A program made the position numbers and the translations under genes. This document shows, piece by piece, positions 33,834 to 44,900 of a stretch of DNA of 64,000 nt (its first letter is position 1; each line of letters opens with the position of its first letter). This DNA is from Saccostrea echinata (taxonomy: Eukaryota): NCBI RefSeq assembly GCF_033153115.1, contig NW_026889752.1, positions 2,294,001 through 2,358,000 on the forward strand, given 5' to 3'. The notes below the pieces were generated by a model. The model was not told the DNA's origin and did not search any database. It worked only from the letters and a program-made list of their open reading frames with translations.

Positions 33834-36701
33834 TGTTAGGAATGTAGCTAAAGTAAAACACCTCTGTATCGTATAGTGGTTTATTGAAACTCTAAAACTG
33901 TTATCTTCATAACGTCGTAGTAACCTCTATGACGTCACATCTTTATGACGTCATAGTTCAGTAAAAGTCATTTACACAATCATGATAAATCAAGGTAAAT
34001 AAGAAAGTTACATGTACTAATGTCCATATTTCACAACATTCTCCGGCCCCCAAAAGTGTCCATATTTCACAATATTCTCCGGCCCACAAAAGTACGAATT
34101 GAGAAAGTCATTGGACAGAGAAATAAAAGGCGGTTTTTAAATGAAAATGCAAAATGTGCATTACAAAAGTTATTCACAATGTGACATGAGAAATATCACG
34201 ATTTCACTTGGTTCAAGCTTGGATTCACTCTGTCTTTGGGTTTGGTATCATCATGTACTTGAACAAAGTCTCCAAGAAATGTTGGATAACTTGATGTTAT
34301 GTACTGAAAGCTTTGTTTGCTGTTAAATGGTTCAACTCAGATCTGAAGTTCTCTTTGTCTTTATCTGCATATGCATTGTGATGCTCGAAGTACTCCTTGA
34401 TAAACGCATTCTCTTTGGCTTGAATTTCCTGCTTAAGCTGATCAATCTGTTGATCCATAATGTTCACCTTCCTCTTCATATCTGTGATCTCTGCATCCTG
34501 AGACTCGATGATGTTTTTTCTGTAAGTGTTTTTTTCATCTTTGAAAGCTTCGTATAGATTCTGTTGTTGCCTGATTTTGGTGTCATTCTCAGAAATCTTC
34601 TTCTTGTAGTCAAGAATCTGCATGCCATGAACTTTGTTATCTTTCATGTAATTCTGAGTTAGATTGTTGGCCTCATTAATGTAGTGGTCTCGCTCCCTTC
34701 TCAGCTGGTAGATGATATTCATCTTCTCCTGGGTCTCCTCTCTGTAATTCTGAATGTTTTGCTTCAGGTTTTTCTTATCAACTTCAGCTAGCTTCTTTGC
34801 TGCCTCCAACTCTCTCTTCAAACCAGTAATTTGATCCGTAAAAGTTTCTCTCTGCTGTTCTACATCCGAATGATTTTTGTCTCTTGGTTGCTGATGTTTC
34901 CTCTGAAGTGTCTCTCTCGATATGTTGAGCCCTTGTATCTCCTGTTTGAGCTTGTTAACTTCAACTTCTTTTTTCTTTAACTCTGTTACTTGAGCTTGGT
35001 TCTCAACAGTCAACTGATTTGTAGCAATTAACTGTGCATCAAATTTGGTCTGAAGCTTTGCAAGTCGAGTTTGTAAAAACTTAACATCCCTCATAGTTTT
35101 CTCATTCACAATCTTCTGTTCTTTTATCTGCTGTTCCAATTTCGTGATGTCACTTTTATAGTTCTGTAGGTGTCCCTGTAGTTTCTTGATTTCTCTAGTC
35201 TTTGCATCCAATTCAGCCTTTGCTTGTAATGTAGGGGTATTCACCTTTTTGTTTTTGACTACGTCATGAGCAGTGCACAAACTTGTATGATGACGTCTTT
35301 TACAAATTTTACAATTAGATTTAGACTGGCAATCTGCAACACGATGTCTGCCTAAGCAGTTAAAGCACAGTTTGTCTCGTTTGAGAATTTTCACACGGTC
35401 GTTTTGTTTTCTGTATCTTTCACAGTCATTTGAATGATGTGACTCCTTGCAAAGTGCACAGCAAACTTGATGTTTCTGATGACTGTAATTCTGTTGTACT
35501 TTCTCATCACTGGATTTTGAGTGTATGTAGAAAATAGCTGTAGCACTTTCTTCTGCTGTGTCCATATGTGTTCCAGCTTCTAAAATGTCAAGTTCCCTGT
35601 AAAGACTATTCCTTAAGTCACCTAGCAACCAATCAGTAGAGCCATGTTCACGTTCACGTGCCAAATTTTTGCGCAATTCACTTGGTAATTTGTTGAGAAT
35701 AATAGGTACAAGAAGTGAACCATATGTATCCTGAGCTTGACCGAAGGATTCTAGTCCCCTGACATATGTCTCCACTTGATCATGAAAATGACGCAGGCTT
35801 GTGAGATTATTCTTCGGAACAGGTAGGTCTAAAAGTGCTTGCATGTAGGATTGCACTATCTTGTGTTTTTTTCCAAACCTTTCATGTAGGAGCTCAATCG
35901 CTCTGTTGTAATTTGCATGGGTAAGTGCAAATCCTGCAATGGTGTTCGATGCTCTCCTTCTACTAAAGACTTTAAGTAATTAAACTTTTGTACTTCAGTT
36001 AACGTGTTGTTGCTATGAATAGCTGAATCGAATGAATTCCAAAATGACTGCCATTCTAATACACTTCCCTCAAAAATAGGCAAGTTGAGTTTTGGTAGTT
36101 TATGAAAGTTACTACTGCTACTCGAATTGGAATTAGAATGAAAGTTTGTGAAGGACTGATGGCCTCTGGAATTTTCACTGAAACTATGTGATGATTGACC
36201 ATTCTCTCTGATTTGTGAATTCTCATTGTGATCTGAGTAACTGTTGGCAGTTGGATTTAAATTTGATCTTTCTACTAACAGATGTTTCTTAAATTTCCGC
36301 AAATTAGAATTTAGATTAAAATTGTACTCATCTGTATCAAGTATTTCTTTCTCAATTTCCTCCTCTGCTGTTTCTGTTCAAATTTTTTCATCAAGATCTT
36401 TGAGAACTTCTTGCTTCTCTGTCAGTGTCTCCAAAATTGTTTCCATATCCTCAGTATTTTCTTCAGAGCCATATTCTTCTAGTCTTTTTAAAAGTCTGGT
36501 TACTGCACTTCTTTGTCCTGCTCGGACTGCCTTGAGTTTAGAAATCGTAACTCCTCTTTTGTCACGGCACCAATGTTAGGAATGTAGCTAAAGTAAAACA
36601 CTCCTGTATCGTATAGTGGTTTATTGAAACTCTAAAACTGTTATCTCCATAACGTCGTAGTAACCTCTATGACATCACATCTTTATGACGTCATAGTTCA
36701 G
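33834..36701 (-). mobile_element. Non-autonomous BEL/Pao LTR retrotransposon lacking pol (gag plus captured host sequence)
   Basis: 3' LTR 33834-34038 is 205 bp, TG...CA. The 5' LTR at 36574-36701 is near-identical but truncated. PBS TGGTGCCGTGAC (minus strand, 36572-36561) is complementary to the tRNA-His 3' end. PPT GGGGCCGGAGAA lies at 34050-34039. The gag has a DUF1759-type motif and triple Zn-knuckle. No protease, RT, RNase H or integrase is present between the LTRs. Confidence 0.92.
34297..36543 (-). pseudogene. Degenerate BEL/Pao gag fused in frame to a CFAP58 (CCDC147)-like coiled-coil segment
   Basis: The gag N-terminus SKLKAVRAGQRSAVTRLLKRLE is preceded by ATT (probable former ATG), has a premature TGA at 36380-36378, then KLPKLNLPIFEGSVLEWQSFWNSF, and a 1-nt frameshift at ~35953. 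An open frame of ~550 codons follows, through the knuckles CALCKESH...CFNCLGRH...CKICKRRHHTSLC into QILDYKKKISENDTKIRQQQNLYEAFKDEKNTYRKNIIESQDAEITDMKRKVNIMDQQIDQLKQEIQAKE, which is recognisably CFAP58-like. Confidence 0.85.
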
Positions 36702-36744
36702 CTGCATATTCATGTTTCATGTTACATAAATAAGTCGTATGTTG

Positions 36745-37022
36745 ATTGATTGATTGTATGTAGTTTAACGTCCCTCTCGAGAGTTTTTCACTCCTACGGA
36801 GACGCCACCACCCGCCGGTGGAGAGCTGCAAATTTTGTCCTATACTCGACACTTACGGTCATTGAGCAGTGAGGGATCTTTTTCGTGCCAGCACCTACTG
36901 CGACACATCCGAAGGACCGGTCTCCCCGTCTCACAGTGGGATTCGAACCCGCGACGTAAGGATCAACTCCTTACTTCGCGACTCTAGAACAGACGCTCTA
37001 ACCACTGCGCCACGCGGGCGAC
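36745..37022 (-). mobile_element. tRNA-derived SINE with 13-bp TSD
   Basis: On the minus strand: A-box TGGCGCAGTGGTTAGAGC, B-box GGTTCGAATCCC and a (CAAT)n tail. TSD AAGTCGTATGTTG is at 36732-36744 and 37023-37035. Confidence 0.88.
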
Positions 37023-38473
37023 AAGTCGTATGTTGGCATAAAATCTTGCATGTTAATTAATATAAATTTATATCTTGCATGTTAACATAAAAGTCGCATG
37101 CCAACATAATTCTGTTGCATCTTGTTTGTATGAATTCGTATACTGGCGTTAGTGAGTTTACTAACAATAAAATTAGATTCTCAAAAAAAAAAGTTGGCAA
37201 CTTGCATGTTCACATAATTATTATGTATGTAGACATAAGTATTTACATTTCCAAATGTTTTCTATTATATAACATTATTGAAAGCAACGCGTATCTATAT
37301 CCGTCTAAACTCGGGTTCCTCGCGTCATAAACGTTCGACGTAAATTCTCTGTGACGTCAAAAATTACCCTCAGTCATTATCTATGGGTATCATTCTTCTT
37401 CTTTTCACCGACGTGGAGAAGGAACGTTTTGGAAGACGTAGGGGTTGAGGTTTATATTTTGAAATAGCAAAGGACTGATAACATTTAAAAAAAATGAATG
37501 AATAAATAAACTGACGAATAACTTTCACACTTGATAGTTAGGCTCACATTGTCGGAAAAATTATTATACTCTCAGTTGCACAGCAGTCATAGAGTAAATT
37601 TTATGCAAAGGCAGGGGATATGAGATTTGGGACCACCTTGAGGCTCCGAGCATAGAACATTAGAAAAACTCTAATTTGGAATTAGGGAGTGAAACCTCCG
37701 GAATCTTTTTAACTATAGCTTTCTTTAAGAAAGAATTCAAAACGATGTATATATAAATTCTTAAAATTTTATCAGTGTATTTGATCAGAGACCTATATAC
37801 TATATTTTAGTATATAGGTCCCTGATTTGATAAAGATTTTGCATTTAAATCACAACTATGATTCAATTTCTAATTTCAAGGGACAACCATGAACACAGTT
37901 GATTTATTTAAAAAATAAGTAATGTTATGCTAAAAATAATTCTATATCTTCCTATGACATGGACCTTCCTATAAAATTATTTTGCTTGCACAGTTACCTT
38001 AGTTTTCGAAACACAAAAATTACATGGTTTTCTCAAAACTTAATACATTGATATAAATTGATGATCGAGAGCAATCCTTTATGGTGTCATAATTTTTTGA
38101 CCTTTTGTAAGTCACTGAACGTAATGTTTCCCCATTTTGTTGCAGCCCATTTTATTAAATTTTATAGAGGATTACTTTCTACAACTCCATAAACAAATTT
38201 CATTGAGAGCATGTCTACCTTACCAATCTCATGAATGTACATACATTTTTGCCACATCTGAGAGAATGAATACGAAACACAGAGACTTCACTAAGATGTC
38301 AGATAAATAGCATGAATCAACACTGCACACCTTGCCACAAAAGGCAATAATTGTACTAAAGGTTTTTATGAAAATAAAATAAAAAATACTTTTATCATGT
38401 TTTACTACCGGGGTATTAACACAGAAAGGAAATTAAGGTACATTTCTTTACATGTTGTAAAACAAATGCACCT

Positions 38474-38785
38474 AGTCGCCTGCGTGGCGCAGTGGTTAGA
38501 ACGTTTGCACTAGAGTCGCAGAGTTATGAGTTGATCCTTACGTCAGGAGTTCTAATACCACTGTGGGACGGGGAGACAGGTCCTTCGGACGAGACCGTAA
38601 AAACCCAGGTCCCGTGTCGCAGTAGGTGCTGGCACGAAAAAGATCCTTCACTGCTCAATGGCTCTGAGTGCCTAGTATAGGACTAAATTCGCAGCCATCT
38701 ATCCGCAAGTGGTGGAAACTCCAGTGAAAAATTCTCGAGAGGGACATTAAACAACAAACAAACAAACAAACAAACAAACAAAACA
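38474..38785 (+). mobile_element. tRNA-derived SINE (Deu/Nin-like central domain, tentative)
   Basis: Head GCGTGGCGCAGTGGTTAGAACG, core GGTCCTTCGGACGAGACCGTAAAAACCCAGGTCCCGTGTC...AAAGATCC and an (AAAC)n tail. Confidence 0.85.
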
Positions 38786-40792
38786 AAAGTATCTTGGGCG
38801 GGGATATTCATGTCTTATGGACATATTTCTATTTTATAAATCTATGTCTCCCATTATGTTCCGTAGAAAATGTCCTTGAACTAACAACACAAAGGGTCTG
38901 CCATGTTTTCGAAGTTGGGAACAAAATGAAAAGTAGAAAGATAGCCTTATAGAAAAGGTGGGTAAAAGGATGATAGGCAATGATTAAAAATGAGTTACGT
39001 CTAATCGGTAGAATAATTAATGAAATGCTCACAAATATGAGACGATAATTGAAGTTGATATGACGGAAGTCGATCGATCTAATCAAGAAAAAATGTTTTC
39101 GGAAATTGATCGATCTACTTAACAACAAATGTATGTTTTAATTTGTGTTATCTATTAGGATTCGCATTGTTTTTCACTGACAATATTTACAACATGCAAT
39201 CACATGCATTAATGGTGGTTCACAATGGGTGTTGGGCTTTTGAACGTATTGCTAAAGATAAAGGATTTTCACGGTATTTGCACATCGTATAGAATTTTCA
39301 ACACACAATACCCATTTAAATGACGTACTTGAATTAATTAAAAAAAAAAATCTTAAAGCCTTTAAATCTGTAGAAGGTGAATTAGCATTCTTCAAAATCT
39401 TTACCAGTAGTACAAATATTACTAAGCGTAGTAATTGATATTGATCATTTTATTACGTTTGCATAATGATTCCAGGTTTTTCTGCCTAACCTTGCAATTT
39501 TATTGAAAAAAATTCACCGTTCTAGCAAAACGTCAAGCAGATATTCACACAAGACCAGTCCTCTATTTCAATAAATCTGCGTAATATTTTAGTTCTTACA
39601 GTCAGTTTGGATTATACAATGCCAATTAATTAAACTATGTTCAATTAAAATTTCGTGATTAAATTATACCAAAAATCATACCAAAGCATTAAGTGAGGGA
39701 CTATTTTTTGTGGTTGCAGATTTTTTTTTTTGAGAAGAAAATGGTCAATTTTTCTCTTTCGAAGTACATGTATTTTCAATACTGTTATGTTTGCATTTCT
39801 ATTTTTCCATGCAGGCTGAACAGATAGTTATTTTGTGCAATAAAATGTTTTATGATGATGCCATATTATTTACTAAATGATTTAGTCTAAAGTTTATCAT
39901 CACATTGTGAAAAATATAGCACATATATTGTGAAAGTCTTGAGAAAATAGCTCCAAATAAAGCTTAAAATTTACTTTATTTTAATAATATCTAAGAATTT
40001 ACGTCATAGGCCTACGCTTTCAATTTCCTTTTCTGTATGCATATTAATAAGATAATTGTATCATCAAGCTTAAATGTAGTGAAAGTTTAGAAGATTAAAA
40101 TGTTTTTATTTTGCCTCTTAAATTTTTAATACCAGAAAAATGACATTTTTGAGTGCAGAAAGGTCAGATAATGGACTATGCAAAGTAAAGTTGAAAATTT
40201 TCATTGTCACAAATTTTAATGTGTCTATTCAAGATAAAAGAAGATTGTTTTTGGTCCCATAATCTATTTGGATAAAAAAAAATATTGGAGGAAAAACATC
40301 TAAAAATTGAAATTTGTCTTAGAAGTAATAACAGTGCAAAAAGGTCTTATCAAATACTCCGTATCGCATTGTTCCCTCCTTATTTGTTTTGATTTATAAT
40401 TAAACTATGTGTGTAAATTCTAAACATATACGGAACAATAAAGTTCTTAATACTTTTGATAACAGGGTCCACCCTCCTTAATATTTGAAAAGCTAGATAT
40501 TTATATCAGAACAGTTGCGAATCGTGTTTGATATAACTTGTGATCTGTTTGCGATAATCTTGAGATTTATGTGCAAAAAGTTGATACTGTAAAATCACGT
40601 AGGGTATTTCCGTGGGGTCAAATTTTCCAGGTTTGAGGGGAGAAAATATGGGTTCGTGGGTATTTGATTTTGTGGATGAAGAATGTAATGTTACTATGTT
40701 TTACCACATTTCGTGGTAGACATGAATTTGTGGGTCTCTTAAGGTACGTATTCATATAAAATGTAACACAATTTATATCCATAGCTTATTTT

Positions 40793-40841
<49 letters not shown>

Positions 40842-41502
40842 CAGAAACATCTTTTCCTTGAAATTAAAATCTACCCTGCAATTCAAACTTAGTAGATAAG
40901 TAGAAGTAATTTAATTCGGATTGATACCGTGATTTCTTGTAATTTGAAAATGTTTGGCTTTTGTTTATTTTTCTGTTGTGCTATTTATAATAATGCAGAC
41001 GATTGGCGTGCCTAGCTATTATAAAGCCAGGAGTCTTTAAAATATTAACACCTTTTACAAGCATTTATTTGTTATATTTTGATGACAAAGCAGTTAACGC
41101 TTAAAAAACACGAAACATTTTATGCAAAAACTGTTCTAACCCAGGTTATACATTTATAACTTGGGTAATTATAAGATCTAATTCTTATTATTTGATTTTC
41201 TATCATTCAGTATAAAGAATAAAACGATTACCCTTAAAATGTCTTCAAATTTTACAAACTTTATTTGTAATGTCAATTATTTAGCACAGCTTAATATATA
41301 TGAACAATTTCTCTATCCTATCAAATACACCAATAATTCTTACAGTATTGCTTACAATAGTAAATGTTCGCCTACCATATAGCATTTTTCTATTTTTAAT
41401 CTTTGTATTAAAAGTAATTAACATATCATTTTCAAGAAAGACCGGATAAAGAGAGCGATAAAAGAGTTTTATAAATTATCGGGTCTTTTTAAATTTCTAT
41501 TA

Positions 41503-41848
41503 ATTGATTGTATGTTGTTTTACGTCCCATTCGAGAATTTTTCACTCATAGAGAGACATCACCATATACCGATGAAGAGCTTCAAATTTTGACCTTTACT
41601 CGGCACTCAGGGCTATTGAGCAGTGAGGGGTCTTTATCGTGCCAACAACAGCCATGATACAGGGCCTCGGTTTTTAAGATGTCATCCGAAGGACCCGCAA
41701 CTTTCACTGCAAAGTGTCGAGCGCATGGCGAAGAAACAGTTGCTACCCATTTTTTATCGACTTAGGTCAGTCGCCGCCGAGATTCGAACTCGATCACGAC
41801 CTCCCGATCACGGAGCGAGCGCTCTGCCAACTGAGCTACCGTGAACGG
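41503..41848 (-). mobile_element. tRNA-derived SINE just upstream of the HEPN exon
   Basis: Same body as 44365-44697 and 60115-60468, with a tRNA-like head (GGTAGCTCAGTTGGCAGAGC...GTTCGAATC on the minus strand) and a (CAAT)n tail. Confidence 0.85.
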
Positions 41849-41908
41849 GTTTTTTTTTTTTATTTTTTATTTCTAAGATGAACATATTGCTTAATATTTC
41901 AGAACACA

Positions 41909-44900
41909 ATGTATGCATCAACAGAAGAAACAACTTATGCAAATCGAGCAGCTCGTTTGATATGTGGACCGTGCAAAGGTCAAATGAGGGATTTGCTAGA
42001 ACATTACGTACCAAGCAAATCTTTTCATTACGTACTTAAACACAATTATAAAAACCTACCAAAATTGACATTTTCTCAGCGAAATCTTATTTCCCCAAAA
42101 TCCGGTTCCTACAATGGAAATTATGAGGATTTTGACTTATCATTACTCTATGTCTTGTTGCGAAGCATATGTGGTCTAAGTGAACCAACCAACGGTTGGG
42201 ACGACAAACCAGATGACAGTGACAGGTCCATATCTGCAAACATAGCGAGAATAAGAGAAGCCAGAAACACGATTGCTCACTTACCGAACTACTCTATGAA
42301 TAGAAAAGATTTTCAAGCATTGTGGACAATGGTAAAAATGTCTATCATTGATATTGATACATATTTAAGTAACAGCAAATTTTATGAAAAGGAGGCTGAG
42401 TTTTTAGAAACAGAAACAATGGATCCGGAACGGGACAAGAAATACCAAGATGATTTACGTTTACTTGCAAAACAGGAAGAGGATTTGAAAACTCAGATAA
42501 GTAATAACTTACTTAAAACTTTATACATACAAAATGTTCAGATGTTAAATCGTTTCATTTAATTATTTGGATTAATGCATGATTTGGCATGCACCTTTGT
42601 TGCGTTTATTTTACGTATGAAAGGTAAAAATATTTCATTTTGGTAAAAAAAATTCTCCCTATCTAGAACACACGAATGAACGTATTGATAAGCAAGAAGA
42701 TGCTCTGCAGCTTTTTTCTAAGGATCTGGAACGTCTAAAGAAGATAGTGAAAAAACAAAACGAGGTTGCAGAAAGCCAAAAAACCAATATTTTGCCACAC
42801 AGTGAAGCATCTTATCTGCTTGAAGATTCCATAGAATGTACAAATCAAGCTCAACGCCTATTAGAAAAAGCAGAGGCAAAACTAGCAGACGCAGCTAGAT
42901 TAATAAAAGATGCCCAGCTAAGAGCACACATTGGTACATGTTAATTCTATTTTGGAAACACACTTCAACAGTAATGCTTTGCTATTTATCATTATTGGTC
43001 ATATCATGTACACCTCATGTAATATTTTTCTTCTTTTGTAGAAAAAGAGGTGTTTATGTTGACAGGTAAATATGAAAAGAAGTATTTCGAGGAAAATGAT
43101 TACTTACAATTAGTTATTGTTTATGTCCAAAATTTGGAGAATTCAGCTAACGAATTATTATTATAGAAAAATATTTTGTATAATAAGGGTGTAGTTTCCT
43201 TTTCTATTATGCAATGTGTTGAATATGAAAGATGCACCTAAGAGGGAACTTTTTCTCTATGTGAACAAGTAATTCATGAGAAGTACATGCATTGGTTGAC
43301 TTCCAGTAGTCCAAACTATATCTTTCTGGAGGAAAATGCACAATTATATTTAAATTGTAATTACGTCCATTATGGATTCATTTCATTATCAATACATTAA
43401 AGGTTCTTCATAACATCATTTACAAAGCATGCATGTCCTCAAAACATGACTTAATGATGGTACTAAGAATATTTCTTCAGAATGTAGTTTCAGGGGTTAG
43501 AATGGGTTTTCATATATAATCTCCCATGCAATGTTAAACATTAAAAAATCCTAGAAAAACAAATAAGAATATTTTTATCATAATGATAGTATAGCATTTA
43601 ATCAATTTGTAAGCAAATTTTTGAAGCATTATTTTATACATCACGGTCCATAAGGTAGGTTATTGCTTCAAAAGGAGTTCAATATTATTTTTTATGATGA
43701 CTAAATTTTACCGAATAATCCCACTACTTCCCACTGTCTAGTTTAAAGAAGCAAATTGTTGCCAAGCCAAACATGTTGTTAAAAATTATAATAAAAATGT
43801 AATATGGAAAAGATGTCAATTTCCCAACATTATCTTTTGTCGGGTCACCACTGTCACTTTAGTTAAACGACAAATTAGAATCACCATGCACGTCATGTCG
43901 TGACAAAATAGGCTGTTTTTTTTTCTTATACAGATATATATCTCATATCTAAAAATACTACCATCTGAATGCTGAAGGACAGTGCTTTATTATGTAAATA
44001 TAAGACTAGGAATATTAAGGTTGCATATAGACCCCCCCCTCCCACCCCCCACCCCCCACCCCCCAAAAAAAATGAAATTGAGGTTAAAAATTAAAATGCA
44101 CCTTTTAGGCTGCTTAAAATTGTTTTTGGACAATTATTAGGTCAAATGATAGTTGTTTTATAAGCTCATCCTAGCTGAAAGCACAAGTGAGTGTTTTTCT
44201 AATTACAATTTGTCCGACGTCCGTCTTTCCGTCTGTCTGTAAATTTTCCTCATTTTCAATTCTCAGGAACCACTGGTCAATCTCAACCAAATCTTCCCAC
44301 AAACCAATGTTGGGTAAATATGATTCAAGTTGGTCAACTGAAGGGTCACGCCTGCTTTTAAGGAATTGATTGATTGATGGTTGTTTTACGTCCCATTCGA
44401 GAATTTTTCACTCAGAGAGAGACGTCACCATATACAGGTGAAGTGCTTCAAATTTTGACCTCTACTTGGCACTCAGAGCCATTGAGCAGTGAGGGATCTT
44501 TATCGTGCCAACGTCTGCCGGTTTTTAAGGTGTCATCCGAAGGACCCGCAACTTTCACTTCAAAGTGCAGGGCGCATGGCGAAGGAACAGTTGCTACCCA
44601 TTTTTTATAGACTTAGGTCAGTCGCGGTCGAGATTCGAACTCACGACCTCCCGATCACGGAGCGAGCGCTCTACCGCCTCAGCTACCGTGAACGGTCGCT
44701 TTTAAGGAGATAATTCAGAGAAAATATGATGTCATCCTTTAAAAATCTTTTTCTGAAGAACCACTCGGTCAGGAACGATGAAACATCTGAAAGCTTCATT
44801 ACATTTGTAGATTCAAGTTTGCTAGGCGGGGCCACAATTGGGAATAAAACTTTTACATAGAAATATAGAGGGGAAAATAGATAAAAATGTTCTCCAGAGC

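Larger units (their letters stand above)
33590..37145. repeat. Inverted-arm minisatellite element (ATGTCGACATGCAAGATAATT-like units) split by the LTR element and a SINE
   Basis: Left arm 33590-33833 has units TTATGTNNACATGCRA. The right arm (36702-36744 and 37023-37145) has the complementary units TTGCATGTTAACATAA/AAGTCGCATG. Confidence 0.6.

Noticed and set aside
34297-35226. The genuine host CFAP58 locus
   Set aside because: It is only an internal, intronless, internally deleted fragment enclosed by LTRs and fused to gag.
35940-35965. Programmed ribosomal frameshift in gag
   Set aside because: There is no slippery heptamer, it falls within the conserved gag domain, and the same copy has a nonsense codon and a lost ATG. 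A simple 1-nt deletion explains it better.
36244-36579. ORF 36244-36579 (+) and other shadow ORFs (4516-4833, 34327-34557, 49587-51923 overlaps)
   Set aside because: They are antisense or alternate-frame by-products of real coding sequence, with no recognisable motifs.
38474-38560. tRNA genes at the tRNA-like sequences (also ~36930-37020, 41770-41845, 44620-44695, 60400-60465)
   Set aside because: They are SINE heads: joined to a shared body and simple-repeat tail, some with TSDs, and no intact cloverleaf is evident.
40795-40841. Poly-T tract as a retrocopy tail
   Set aside because: No adjacent recognisable retroposed body or TSD was found.
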